From positions 2,263 through 66,262 of the IMG/VR virus record IMGVR_UViG_3300025141_000071: DNA of 64,000 nt, one strand, 5' to 3'. This DNA comes from a virus. The notes beneath the pieces were generated by a model, which saw only the letters and a program-made list of their open reading frames with translations, made no database searches and had not been told where the DNA came from. Below are positions 17,743 to 28,080 of the stretch, in pieces; position 1 is the stretch's first letter; each line of letters begins with the position of its first letter. The translations under genes and the position numbers were made by a program.

Positions 17743-18663
17743 ATGGCAAGCTTCAACGGATATACAGTCGTCAAACGGTGGAATCGACCTAGTGTTCTAC
17801 TTAAGACTCTCTTACAGAATTATTTTACAAATAATGGGTCTTATTTTAAACCCTATTCGGTGAGTGAAGTATACATTCTCCCTGATACTGGAGTCACTAA
17901 CGGTAGCCCTGAAATCTACATTAACCGTCAGGCTAGTGATATTGGAACCTCGGGGTATGGTCTCCTAAACGCTTCAAGCGTTTCATCGGTTGAAGCTACT
18001 TTCGGCGGGAGTGCTACTCTTGTCAATATGAACCCCTCTGATTACTCGGGGGCAGGCACGTCTAGCGCCAGTGGAATCTACAGCGGAAGTACGTCAGCCG
18101 ACATTGGGCAGTATCAAGTAGCTTTAGAAGGAGTAACGTTCGCTAACTTCTCGGCTGTAGGAAAGTATTTCGACGTTTGGCTTGTTAAGGATTTTAGTGC
18201 GGTAGATGCCTCCGCAGGATGGCAACTATACTGGAACAAGTTTGAGGTCTTCAGTGACCGAATTATGACGTTCACAGAGCCGTACCAAGTAACGACTCAC
18301 AATAAGCTCTCCCAGAAATATCTTCAGCTTAGTTCAATCCCTACCCTTCGAATCACTACCGACGTATTCCTCGCTAATAAGAATATGACTCGGGACCAAA
18401 AGGATATTTGGAGGCAGCAGGTAATTGATAACGCCTCTATTAGAATTAGGCGACGAAACCCACGAACTTCAGGCTTAATTACGGATATAACGCCCTCAGG
18501 AGGAGGGTGGCAAACTGAAGGGGTTGGCGTAACTTCTGAAAACACCATAACCTACAACTGGAATACTTCGGCTTTAGAAACAGGTGATTATGTTGTTCAA
18601 TGTAAGTATACACTACTAGAGCAAACATTTGTAAGCGAAGAGTTTAGTCTAGTGCTTCGGTAA
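17743..18663 (+). CDS. Putative virion structural protein
   Basis: S/G/T-rich, beta-type sequence; CTAAATA-N5-ATG upstream. Confidence 0.6.
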   Translation: MASFNGYTVVKRWNRPSVLLKTLLQNYFTNNGSYFKPYSVSEVYILPDTGVTNGSPEIYINRQASDIGTSGYGLLNASSVSSVEATFGGSATLVNMNPSDYSGAGTSSASGIYSGSTSADIGQYQVALEGVTFANFSAVGKYFDVWLVKDFSAVDASAGWQLYWNKFEVFSDRIMTFTEPYQVTTHNKLSQKYLQLSSIPTLRITTDVFLANKNMTRDQKDIWRQQVIDNASIRIRRRNPRTSGLITDITPSGGGWQTEGVGVTSENTITYNWNTSALETGDYVVQCKYTLLEQTFVSEEFSLVLR

Positions 18664-19627
18664 CCTCATAAGAGAAGTCTACTTCCTGCAAGCCCTTAGT
18701 AACACAGGCTTTAAAATCCTTCGAATTCTTACACCTAACGTGTAAGTCATTCCAATCTTTGACCCCTGACGGTAGTTGAGCAATCATAAAATGATTTTTA
18801 TTTTTTGATAGCATCATATTACGGGCTTGTGCTACCCCTGCTTTACCTGCGTCATCGTTATCATACGCAAAGATAATCTGCTTGTCTTTTAACTGGTCGG
18901 CTTGGGCTCTAGAAAGATTACTACCTTGAGTGCAAGTTGCGTTTAACCCGTTCAACTGCAAACTAATAGCGTCTAAAGGACCCTCAGTCATGAAGATGTA
19001 ATCGGAGGACTCCTTATAAGGAAATAGAATGTCTGAAGATTTAACCCCCGTTACTTCACGGGATGGGTTTAAGTACTTAACTCCGAGTAAACTAAGATTT
19101 CGGGCTTGAAAATAGAAGGGCTCTTGGTCATTGTAAGCATACGGGATAATCAACCTGTTGTGGTAGCGACCACTTTTAGAGATGTAAAAATCAAATTTAT
19201 GAAGCTTCCGTGACAAGATAAATTTCTTTGCCAACCTATCCGTCATACTGGTGGGGTCCGTCTTTCGCAGGTCAAACTTCCTAAAAGAAGAGAAGATATC
19301 AGATACGGCGTTGTGTTTTGCGGGTTTTTGCATCTCCACCCGCACGGACGAAATCTCAAATAGATGCTCAGGCGAATCAAACAGCTTAGAACGAAGAAAT
19401 TTAAGAGCTTCATCGTAAGGAATACCCTCTAACGCTGCTACGAGTTGAGGAAAGTTACCATTTTCGTGTGCTCTGAAGTCCTGCCAGAGCCCACTCTCCA
19501 TATTAATAGAGAGTTTCATCTTATCATCGTCCACAAAAAAGGAGTTCGTAGTGAATTCTTCACCAAAAACCTTATTTACGCTGAATTTTGAGTATAAATA
19601 CTCTTTAATAACACTAGAAGGTAACAT
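18644..19627 (-). CDS. DNA primase (DnaG/T4 gp61-like)
   Basis: RLIIPY, YFQAR, KYLNP, TOPRIM EGPLDA and YDND..G, KDWND. Confidence 0.9.
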   Translation of the reverse strand: MLPSSVIKEYLYSKFSVNKVFGEEFTTNSFFVDDDKMKLSINMESGLWQDFRAHENGNFPQLVAALEGIPYDEALKFLRSKLFDSPEHLFEISSVRVEMQKPAKHNAVSDIFSSFRKFDLRKTDPTSMTDRLAKKFILSRKLHKFDFYISKSGRYHNRLIIPYAYNDQEPFYFQARNLSLLGVKYLNPSREVTGVKSSDILFPYKESSDYIFMTEGPLDAISLQLNGLNATCTQGSNLSRAQADQLKDKQIIFAYDNDDAGKAGVAQARNMMLSKNKNHFMIAQLPSGVKDWNDLHVRCKNSKDFKACVTKGLQEVDFSYEVTEALD

Positions 19628-19628
19628 T

Positions 19629-20432
19629 ATGTTTATTAAAGGCTTTTCCCCATCAAAATTGAACGTTTTTGACGAATGTCAGAAAAAGTTCTTATACAAG
19701 TACGTCCATTACCTCCCTGAGGACTACAATGACGGCTTATCGCAAGATGCTTTACAGTATGGTTCATATATTCACAAGATTTTGGAGGACGGTGTAGAGG
19801 CGGAGTCGGTTGACGAGCTTAAAGAGCACGCGATTCGTCTACGCCCCCGATACCAATTCGAAGGAAGGGAAGAAGACACCCTTAAATGCATTAAAAATTT
19901 CTTTCGTTTCAACAATAAGCTTACCGAAAGTGTCTCTACCGAGATGAGGTTCAAGGTTGAGGTTCTTCCCGACCTTGAAGTGAACGGCATTATCGACCGT
20001 GTGGTAAAAGGTGAAACGGGGAAGTATCTTGTAATAGACTACAAGACCTCAAAACGAGAGAAAACTAAGAGAGAACTTTACAACGACCCTCAGCTGATGA
20101 TTTACACGGCTGCTATCGCTCAAATGTACGAATGTCCGATTTCGGACGTCACCGTATCTCACTATTACCCCCTCACAGGGAATTTGGTTTCTGTACGATA
20201 CATGCCTTCACATGTTGCAAGTTTTTTGAAGAAAGTTGACCAAAAAAAGTGGCTAATCCGAAAAAAGAAGGCTGAAGACTTCAAGCCTCGCCTCAACCAA
20301 TTCTGTGATTGGTGTGGCTACAAAGAGCTTTGTCCTAAATTCGGAGGGACTGACAAGATGCTCGAAGAAGCTGTTGCTGCTAGGAAAGCCTCAAAGCAGA
20401 GAGTTAAGCTGGGAACTAAGCCAAACCCTTGA
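19629..20432 (+). CDS. PD-(D/E)XK nuclease (RecB/Cas4-like, four Cys); start revised to 19629
   Basis: SPSKL...C, GSYIH, GIIDRV, IDYKTS, QLMIY, CDWC...CP. Confidence 0.85.
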   Translation: MFIKGFSPSKLNVFDECQKKFLYKYVHYLPEDYNDGLSQDALQYGSYIHKILEDGVEAESVDELKEHAIRLRPRYQFEGREEDTLKCIKNFFRFNNKLTESVSTEMRFKVEVLPDLEVNGIIDRVVKGETGKYLVIDYKTSKREKTKRELYNDPQLMIYTAAIAQMYECPISDVTVSHYYPLTGNLVSVRYMPSHVASFLKKVDQKKWLIRKKKAEDFKPRLNQFCDWCGYKELCPKFGGTDKMLEEAVAARKASKQRVKLGTKPNP

Positions 20433-20446
20433 AAGGACAAGAAATG

Positions 20447-20755
20447 CTAAGAGGTCTTCTTAGCTCTGTCACGATAAATTAAGGGATAATAAAGAGTTAT
20501 GTCTATACAGGAGAAAAAATCCTGTACTAAAGTCTCGTCGTACTTATGCTTCTTAGTGAACTGGGAGATTAGGGTAGACAGCTTAATAGCTTTCTGAACC
20601 TGAAAAGATTTTATTATCGCTTCTTGAAAGATAGTTATAAAGCTTTCAGAGAATTTGTGTCTCCAACGTTCCTTAAACTCTAGAGATAAAGCATAGTTTA
20701 CTTGTTCTAGGAATTCTGAGAGTTCTTGTTTATCATCTAAGGTTTGTTCTAGCAT
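20447..20755 (-). CDS. Hypothetical protein
   Basis: 102-aa ORF filling the gap; AT-rich upstream region. Confidence 0.6.
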   Translation of the reverse strand: MLEQTLDDKQELSEFLEQVNYALSLEFKERWRHKFSESFITIFQEAIIKSFQVQKAIKLSTLISQFTKKHKYDETLVQDFFSCIDITLYYPLIYRDRAKKTS

Positions 20756-20805
20756 TTTTTAAATTATATATAATATATAAGATTAAAGTCTGGGGCTTTC
20801 CGATA

Positions 20806-21300
20806 ATGAAGAGAAAAATACAAGCAAGTTTAACTTTCCGTAGAAATACGCCTGGTAAGAGCATGACGACCATAAAGAATATGGCTCGTTATGAGGGGCA
20901 GCTGTATACTTTTCAGTATAATAGCTGGGGTAAGAAAGTTGGAGGGAAAAGAAAAAGAAACAATGATTTACGTCCATTACTGCTACTGGCTACGAAAAGC
21001 GGTACGAAGGTGTGGAAAGCTAAAAACGGTAAAAGCTATATTTACGGGTTCAATCTGAACTACCTTCCTCCCCGTAGACGCCTAAGAGTTATCCAGAAAC
21101 TGCATGAAGTTTTTGAGGAAAACCCTGGTGTAGATTTTTCTTACAGGGCAATCAGAGCGCATCTAAATCTCCCCGCATCCACTGAAGATACCATTTTTCG
21201 GAAGTATGATGTGCGTGGGGGTAAGTTACGGTCCTTGAAGGAGGTTAACCTAGATACATATAGGAGCTATCTCGAAGAATCTCTAGACGGACAACAATAA
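20806..21300 (+). CDS. DNA end protector-like protein (T4 gp2-like)
   Basis: DLRPLLLL...YGFNLNYLPP..R motif; basic. Confidence 0.55.
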   Translation: MKRKIQASLTFRRNTPGKSMTTIKNMARYEGQLYTFQYNSWGKKVGGKRKRNNDLRPLLLLATKSGTKVWKAKNGKSYIYGFNLNYLPPRRRLRVIQKLHEVFEENPGVDFSYRAIRAHLNLPASTEDTIFRKYDVRGGKLRSLKEVNLDTYRSYLEESLDGQQ

Positions 21301-21303
21301 TCT

Positions 21304-23502
21304 ATGCCTACACCTGAAGACCGCGCATTTTTTGAAGGTTTAAATAAGGACCTATCGAAAAACATCAATAAGGCCATTGAAAAGGGCTTTAAAGGTGCAT
21401 CTGTACATTTAGACCCTGATACGGTAAAACTTATAGGGACGGAGTTTGAGCGTAATCTTAAGCCTTTGGTCGAGGATGCGAAGAAGGACGATGGTGGCGG
21501 TGGTGGTGGCGAGGGAAGTGCAGGTGAAGGGAAGGCGTGGCAGAAGGCTGTTGACCTTGCCAAAGGGACTTTCAACGCGGCGCGTATGTTAGTAAGTCAG
21601 AACGCTACCAATATCCTTGCTTACGGGGATAACATGGCGCGAAACGCGGCTACCACTAACCAAGCGTTCTTAATGAACGGTGAGAAGCTTTCCCGTCAGT
21701 TTGGTCGTTTTGGCATGAATCTTGCGGATATGGGAAACATCTTCGATGATGCTATCCGTTCTAATGTGCGCGGACTCGGTAAAAATACTCAAGACTTCCT
21801 AGCACGTACTACGGGATTAGGAACTGCTCTAGGAACGACTACTAAATTTCTCGCCTCTAATACCAACGTCTTAGGTCGGTCAATGACTGAAACCACGGCT
21901 CTTGGTACGGACTTACAAAACATTGCACTCTCCAACGGCATGGTAGCAGACGCCATGTTTGATGCCGTGGCGGCATTCGAAGCAAACACTAGACAACAGC
22001 AAGTCCTATTTGGAGATAAGGCAGCGGGCGATTTCCAAGGTATTGTCGCGGGGCTTGAAGGGCTTATGCCTGGGGGCAACCTAGGCGATTTAGTCGCTAA
22101 AGCCGCACCCACTTCCGTTGATGAGCTTCTTAATCTTGATATTCTCGGTGGCATGTTTGGGGGCGCTTTCAATTCTCAAGGGATTAAAGAAGACCCTGCT
22201 AGGCATACAGCTAACTTTATTGCTGCTATGGCTAAGGCGTCTGAACAGATTTCTGGAATGAGCGTAAGGCAAGGTGCCCAGTTCATTGAACAACGCTTTG
22301 GTAAGTTTGGTATTACTTTACAAGATATCCAGTCAGCAGGAGTTGCTACCCGAAAAGCAGGGGGAGTCCAAGGTCTTATGGATGCCATGAAGGGAGGGGG
22401 CATTCCTATAAAATCAGATGAGGCCCTGCAAGACGAGATAACCCGAAACTCTCTAGAAGCCATGAACAATATGAAGAACTTTGCCATTGAGGTGGAAGGT
22501 CTTAATACTGTTCAAAAAGGGCTTAAAGAAGTTTCTGATATTTTAAAAGGTTCTTTTTACACTCTTAACGGTAAGACGACTGAGTTGGCGAAGACGATGG
22601 GGCTCGCTGCGGCTGGCGAAGCGGGTCTTCAGGCTGGGGATAAGATGGGTTTAGGGGGTTTTGGTGCTCTTGGTCTCGGTATGGCTGGAGGCGCTGCTCA
22701 ATGGGCATTAGGTAAGACTCCTAACGCAGCACGCGCCGTGGGGCGAAACCTAAAACCTAGTTCTTGGTCTTTAGGAGGTGCCGCAGCCAAGGCTAATCAG
22801 GCGAATCTTCCGAACGCATCCTGGCAGAGAGGGAGTCAATTCACTGTTAAAGGTCATCAAGGAATGCAGACCGCAAAAGGGCTTGCCAATCCTCTAACCA
22901 AGGCGGGTCGTGCTACCATGAGTGCGAGGCACGCTGCGGGGATGACTCAAGGTGTTGCTAAAGGTATGAGTAAAAAAATACCCATACTTGGCGCAGCCCT
23001 TGCTGGTGGGTTTGAGTTAGCGGAAACTGGAGATAAATCACGCGCAGCAGCTGTAACCGCAGGAGCTGGGTTAGGTGGTTGGGGAGGAGCCGCAGCAGGC
23101 GCAGCTATCGGAACTATGATTTTCCCAGGAGTTGGAACAGTTATCGGAGGTTTAATCGGTGGTATTGGGGGAGCGCTTGGTGGTGAAAAAGCAGCTAGGA
23201 CAATCCACGATGAGTTCGATACGGATTTTGTTAAAGAGCAGGAGGAGAAAGCAGCTGAAGCGGCTCACCAGGAGGAAGAAGCCAAAAAACAAGAAGAGGT
23301 AGGTAAGCGCGAAGAAGACGTTCAGGCTATGGCTACACAGCAAGAGCTTGGGGAATCTCAACTAGGGGCGTTACAAGACATGCTCGCCAGACTTGACGTG
23401 ACGAACGGTTTACTTACGCACGTAGCTTATTCGGATAAGCTAAGCAGAACTCCTGGAGGTTCGGCCATCAACGGAGATGCAGGAGCAACACAACGAGGAT
23501 AA
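21304..23502 (+). CDS. Tape measure protein
   Basis: Long helical A/G-rich protein with C-terminal GAAAGAAIGTMIFPGVGTVIGG; precedes the baseplate genes. Confidence 0.7.
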   Translation: MPTPEDRAFFEGLNKDLSKNINKAIEKGFKGASVHLDPDTVKLIGTEFERNLKPLVEDAKKDDGGGGGGEGSAGEGKAWQKAVDLAKGTFNAARMLVSQNATNILAYGDNMARNAATTNQAFLMNGEKLSRQFGRFGMNLADMGNIFDDAIRSNVRGLGKNTQDFLARTTGLGTALGTTTKFLASNTNVLGRSMTETTALGTDLQNIALSNGMVADAMFDAVAAFEANTRQQQVLFGDKAAGDFQGIVAGLEGLMPGGNLGDLVAKAAPTSVDELLNLDILGGMFGGAFNSQGIKEDPARHTANFIAAMAKASEQISGMSVRQGAQFIEQRFGKFGITLQDIQSAGVATRKAGGVQGLMDAMKGGGIPIKSDEALQDEITRNSLEAMNNMKNFAIEVEGLNTVQKGLKEVSDILKGSFYTLNGKTTELAKTMGLAAAGEAGLQAGDKMGLGGFGALGLGMAGGAAQWALGKTPNAARAVGRNLKPSSWSLGGAAAKANQANLPNASWQRGSQFTVKGHQGMQTAKGLANPLTKAGRATMSARHAAGMTQGVAKGMSKKIPILGAALAGGFELAETGDKSRAAAVTAGAGLGGWGGAAAGAAIGTMIFPGVGTVIGGLIGGIGGALGGEKAARTIHDEFDTDFVKEQEEKAAEAAHQEEEAKKQEEVGKREEDVQAMATQQELGESQLGALQDMLARLDVTNGLLTHVAYSDKLSRTPGGSAINGDAGATQRG

Positions 23503-23505
23503 ACT

Positions 23506-24867
23506 ATGGGACTTTTAACAGGAATTACAAATAGTATTAATGAGATTTTAGATGACGCTTTAGGTGGTATTCCCACCTTCGGAGCGCCCGACCAGCAGTT
23601 TAATCCCCTCCCTAAGAACACTTTTGAGATTGGAGACCTTTATCCTAACTGGAATAAATTTCCAGGAGGTGTGGGGTACAAAGCTCTTCCCCCCACTTCT
23701 CAGATTGAAGGCGAGGCACAGGGTCCTTGGGGCGAACTGGGAGTTAAAAGAGGTTCCCTGGGAGTAGGGAAATCCATTAATGCGGGCGCTATCGACGAAG
23801 TTGGTCTTTATCGAGATGAAAAGAACAACCCTGCCGCTCAACTTGAATGGGGTGGTGTTATCAAAGAGAATACGGCGCGAATAAACACGGTGTTAGAGGA
23901 AAGGTCCTTCTTGGATTTCTATTTTCCTAACTCTAACATTGGTCGCCGTAGAGTTGTATTTTTTGAAAACCCTAAAATCACTGAACAGCGTCAACCTAAG
24001 TATGCCTCTAAGCCGATTGTAGGTAGAAATGAACCTGTACGTTTGTTTGTTGGCGCAGACGCGAGAAAAGTTAAGATTAGCTTTACTTATACCCTCCCCC
24101 ACGTAGAACAGTTTTTCTCAATGATGGGTTATCTCCCTATGGGTTTCTCTAATGGGGCTTATACTCCTGGAAGCTCAGAAGAGTATGACTCAAAAAGAAC
24201 CCTGAGAGGGATTAATAATACTCCTAAATCTACTAATCAAAATGCCTGGAGAAGGTTCACTGCTGAAAAAGTTAGTGAATTTTTTGGTACCTCTTTTACG
24301 GCATCTACGGAAGGCGCTTCTGTTAAAATATTAAACCCCTCTAAGAAAGGTCCTAGATTTTATGAACAGAATAGAAATGGGGTTACTGAAGTAGATGGCA
24401 TGGAAGTTGTTAAGCAAGGTGAAGATACCTTTATCAATCGTCTTGTAAGGTCTTGGTCTACAGGATACGAGGCTTTAAATAACTCTGATATGATTGCGAC
24501 GTATTACACTCAGTTTGTTATTGATACATTACGGGCGTCGGTGATTGGAGATACTCTTAATGATGGTAATATGGCTGTTGGACCTCCGATTGTTCGCTTT
24601 AGGCATGGGACAATCTTCAACGAAGCTCCGTTTATTGTACGGAATATGAGTGTTGATTATGGGGCAGAGTCGGGCTTTGAAGTAAGAACCCTCCTCCCCC
24701 GTCAAGTTAAGTTTAGTTTGGATTTGGAAGAGTTCAGGCAAACGCATGGTTCTCATCACGGAGATAGCTCCGAAACAGTTCAAAACGCGGCAAACGTAGT
24801 TGAGCTTCATTTTGCAGACGGCTCCGCTAACATAGAGCGTGTTAACTTCCCTAAACATTCTTTTTAA
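23506..24867 (+). CDS. Baseplate tube-initiator-like protein (gp48/gp54/P2 gpU type)
   Basis: ITEQRQPKY...IVGRNEP and PPIVRF motifs; position after tape measure. Confidence 0.55.
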   Translation: MGLLTGITNSINEILDDALGGIPTFGAPDQQFNPLPKNTFEIGDLYPNWNKFPGGVGYKALPPTSQIEGEAQGPWGELGVKRGSLGVGKSINAGAIDEVGLYRDEKNNPAAQLEWGGVIKENTARINTVLEERSFLDFYFPNSNIGRRRVVFFENPKITEQRQPKYASKPIVGRNEPVRLFVGADARKVKISFTYTLPHVEQFFSMMGYLPMGFSNGAYTPGSSEEYDSKRTLRGINNTPKSTNQNAWRRFTAEKVSEFFGTSFTASTEGASVKILNPSKKGPRFYEQNRNGVTEVDGMEVVKQGEDTFINRLVRSWSTGYEALNNSDMIATYYTQFVIDTLRASVIGDTLNDGNMAVGPPIVRFRHGTIFNEAPFIVRNMSVDYGAESGFEVRTLLPRQVKFSLDLEEFRQTHGSHHGDSSETVQNAANVVELHFADGSANIERVNFPKHSF

Positions 24868-24869
24868 TT

Positions 24870-25172
24870 ATGAAGTCCACCCGCACATCCAGATTCGGTA
24901 CCTACAATGCTTTGGACACAACCCATAGAGGTCGTCCATTTAAAAATCTTGTTAGCTCCAAGGAGTGGAAGAATTTTATTGTGGAAGGTTTAGGTACGGC
25001 TACGTATAACATTGCCGTTATTCCGACTAATATGGAGTTTCGCCCCGATATCATTTCATTTGCAGCTTACGGGTCTGTTAATTTGTGGTGGTTAATTTGT
25101 ACAGCTAATAGTATAATTGACCCAAACACAGAATTGAGTGCAGGAAAACAAATTAAAATTCCTATAATATAG
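24870..25172 (+). CDS. LysM-like baseplate wedge protein (T4 gp53/P2 gpX-like)
   Basis: RPDIISFAAYG..LWWLI..AN.I.DP...L..G..IKIP. Confidence 0.8.
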   Translation: MKSTRTSRFGTYNALDTTHRGRPFKNLVSSKEWKNFIVEGLGTATYNIAVIPTNMEFRPDIISFAAYGSVNLWWLICTANSIIDPNTELSAGKQIKIPII

Positions 25173-25176
25173 TACT

Positions 25177-28080
25177 ATGGATTCTTATGCTGGCTATAGA
25201 GGTACATCTCCCCCTAATGTCTTTGTCGCTTTTGACAAGGCGCAGTTGGATATGGACTCAGGACTCTTTGTTAGGTACGAAGACCCTCTAGATTTAAAGA
25301 ATACTTTTGTTAGTTGGGATTATGGCTTCGATGGAGGTAACAAGGGGTTAGGTAAACTTGTGTTGATTAACCCAGGCACGCAGATTGAGGATAAGTTGTT
25401 TTCTTGGTATGCTGCGTTGGCTCCCCGCTCATGGACGGCTACGGAACGTGGATATACTAAGTCGGAGTTAGAAGAGAGGTGTAGGGAAGTAGCTGATTTT
25501 TATGTTAGGTGGGGGTATCAATCCCCTGCTAATCTTGCGTCAGGAGGCATTCCTTCAGGAGGTTATACTTCCGTAGACAATGGAGCATTATCCCACATTC
25601 ATAAGTTTAGATTATTGGATATGGGGTATCGTATCTCTGATAAGGGAGATAAGATTATCACCCTAACTCTCGTTAATATGTGGGAATTATATTATAATAC
25701 CACTAAGTTTGTTCAACGCGAGAGAATGTTTGAGGTTCCCTTGACGGACGCTAATGGCGTGTGCCGTCCACCCTCTACTATTGTACAAGAATTTTTGTTA
25801 CAGTTCAACTCTGCCCATGAACAGTATAAAGGTTATTCTAAATGGACTGACGGGATGTTTGAATCGTTAAATGCAGATTTTGACCTCTTATTAAAAGCCA
25901 AATCTAATGACCCTAAATATAAACCCGCACAGGCTACACTTCCCGTAAATGCTCAAGATTTATATGTTAAGTATAGTGAGGCTAAATCTTTAAATCATAC
26001 GGCGAAGGAGAACTGGGCCGTCATGGGCGCTCTTCAAGAGTTCTATGGACAGTTTGGCATGGTTCCTAGTTTTAAAGTGCCCAAGCCTAAAACACCCGCA
26101 CCACAAAAGACACCTTCTCCTAACCAAGGGAAGGGTGCTCCCGACCAAGGAACTCCCGAGAACCCGAACCCTACTGCGGTTCAGGAAGCTGAGAATAAAG
26201 TAGTTGCTAATACTGACTTGGCAATGGAGGTTATTATTAACGACCCTATTACCGTGGATAATAATCCCCTTGCGATGGCGATGAATTACCTGGTCCCAGG
26301 CTCTCCTATTCCTATGTCTCCTCCCGCAGGAGTTCCTTACTTGATGGTTTATAGGGATAAGAATGATATTGCAAAGACGGAAGTAACGCTTAAACAGATA
26401 AGCGCAATACGAGATACTAATAAATTTTGGTACGCAGTTCACCCAGTGTTTCAATCATTAGTTCAAGACAAGCCATGGTCGCAGGCTCAAAAGTATCTTG
26501 CTTGGTCTCAGATGTGGCCACCGCCCAACACAAGCGTACTTTTAGAAGGTGAGTCTGGTTTAAATGAGTATCCTCTGGGGGATTGCTCTTCTGGTGATTT
26601 TGTTGACTGCGCTATTGAAGTTACGAAGAATGCAATTATAGCTAAGGAAGAAGAAGCCATAGCGGAGTTACATGCGGCAAACAAAGTTGAGGCGGAGCAA
26701 GCAGCTCAAGCAGAAACCATGCAACATCTCCAAGACCTTGGAGTGTACGAGCCCGAAGACGATGATGCAGAGGAATTCCTCCCCCACACTATTCAGTTTA
26801 TGTCTAAAAATCTTAAATTGGATGTGGATGTTTTAATTGCTTATTTAAATGATAAGTATTTTAAAGGAACTTCACGGTACTTGCAGTCTGGACAATTGGA
26901 GTTTGCGAATGTTCCTAATGCCAACCGACCCGAAGTTGAAAAAATACTAGGGGGTGCTTTCGAGGGAATGGATTGGGAGGAGGATAATGGATTACTATTA
27001 ATGACAGATAGTAATGAAATGTCCGAGATTTTTAGCTTTGCCATGGAAGATAAGGGTATCAAGTCATTTCCTATCCAGTCAAATACTAGACCCAACACTA
27101 TCTCGATTTCAACGGGATTTAATAGCCGTCCTGATAATATTATTACCAATCTAAATTGGAGTATAAATCAAGGCTCGATGTTTTTAGAGATTAGAAACAC
27201 ACCGATGGTTGTACAGAAGTTGTATAATGTAGCTAAACGCTTTGAAGACCCTGAGTATAGAGATGTGGTAACAGCAACCCTTGCTTTGGAACTGCACTTT
27301 GAGAACGCTAAGGATGGCGTCCTAACCAACGATGGAAACGGTGCAGGTGGAATTGCAGCGCCTGAGCTTAACAATCAAAAGGATGCGGTTGGAGCGGAGG
27401 TATTCCCTAACTCTATCATTGAGTCGGCTCAGGCGCAAGCAACAACTATGACTTCCTTTGATTCCGATTCCCAAGATGGAGCGGATATCTCGGAGTCTTC
27501 GCGTGCGGACCTTATAGAGACAGTTAGACAGGACTTACGGTTTATTACGGATAAAGGTTTAACTGATATATTTTTCCCAAAGGTGGGGGATGACGCACAA
27601 GACAGCATTCGAACTCGGTACTTTATCTCTAACCCTCAAGGGCAGGATGACGTAAAGACTCAAAAAGTGGTTCCTTACTTTCGGTATGTCACTAAGTCTC
27701 CTATAACTATTTTACAAAAGAAGTTAGAGGCTCAAGGTCTGGCTGCGACCACCGAAAACTCTGTGTTGACTCAAGCAAAAGTCCAAGCCTTGAATATTTT
27801 CCAGAAGCTTATCACTGATATTAAAATTGAAATGTTGGGTGTACCTGAGATGGACATCTGGACAAATGAAATTCAAAATAGAAGTGTTGCTTTGTGGGTT
27901 CATGAACCTAGGGTTCCTGGGACTTACCACTGGTTAACAGGCATGTATACGATTGCTGATTTTAACCACCGAATTGATGGTAACGGTTATGCAACTACTC
28001 TAACATTACTACCTAAGCTACCTAATACGGCTGAGGAAATGTCTAAATTTACATTTCTAAAAATTGGAGGTACAGAATGA
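25177..28080 (+). CDS. Baseplate hub protein (gp27/gpD-like, enlarged)
   Basis: C-terminal IEMLGVP...LTGMYTI....HRI...GYATTLTL; position before the spike gene. Confidence 0.6.
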   Translation: MDSYAGYRGTSPPNVFVAFDKAQLDMDSGLFVRYEDPLDLKNTFVSWDYGFDGGNKGLGKLVLINPGTQIEDKLFSWYAALAPRSWTATERGYTKSELEERCREVADFYVRWGYQSPANLASGGIPSGGYTSVDNGALSHIHKFRLLDMGYRISDKGDKIITLTLVNMWELYYNTTKFVQRERMFEVPLTDANGVCRPPSTIVQEFLLQFNSAHEQYKGYSKWTDGMFESLNADFDLLLKAKSNDPKYKPAQATLPVNAQDLYVKYSEAKSLNHTAKENWAVMGALQEFYGQFGMVPSFKVPKPKTPAPQKTPSPNQGKGAPDQGTPENPNPTAVQEAENKVVANTDLAMEVIINDPITVDNNPLAMAMNYLVPGSPIPMSPPAGVPYLMVYRDKNDIAKTEVTLKQISAIRDTNKFWYAVHPVFQSLVQDKPWSQAQKYLAWSQMWPPPNTSVLLEGESGLNEYPLGDCSSGDFVDCAIEVTKNAIIAKEEEAIAELHAANKVEAEQAAQAETMQHLQDLGVYEPEDDDAEEFLPHTIQFMSKNLKLDVDVLIAYLNDKYFKGTSRYLQSGQLEFANVPNANRPEVEKILGGAFEGMDWEEDNGLLLMTDSNEMSEIFSFAMEDKGIKSFPIQSNTRPNTISISTGFNSRPDNIITNLNWSINQGSMFLEIRNTPMVVQKLYNVAKRFEDPEYRDVVTATLALELHFENAKDGVLTNDGNGAGGIAAPELNNQKDAVGAEVFPNSIIESAQAQATTMTSFDSDSQDGADISESSRADLIETVRQDLRFITDKGLTDIFFPKVGDDAQDSIRTRYFISNPQGQDDVKTQKVVPYFRYVTKSPITILQKKLEAQGLAATTENSVLTQAKVQALNIFQKLITDIKIEMLGVPEMDIWTNEIQNRSVALWVHEPRVPGTYHWLTGMYTIADFNHRIDGNGYATTLTLLPKLPNTAEEMSKFTFLKIGGTE

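Noticed and set aside
19629-20432. CRISPR-associated Cas4
   Set aside because: Stand-alone phage PD-(D/E)XK nuclease; no cas1/cas2 or array in the window
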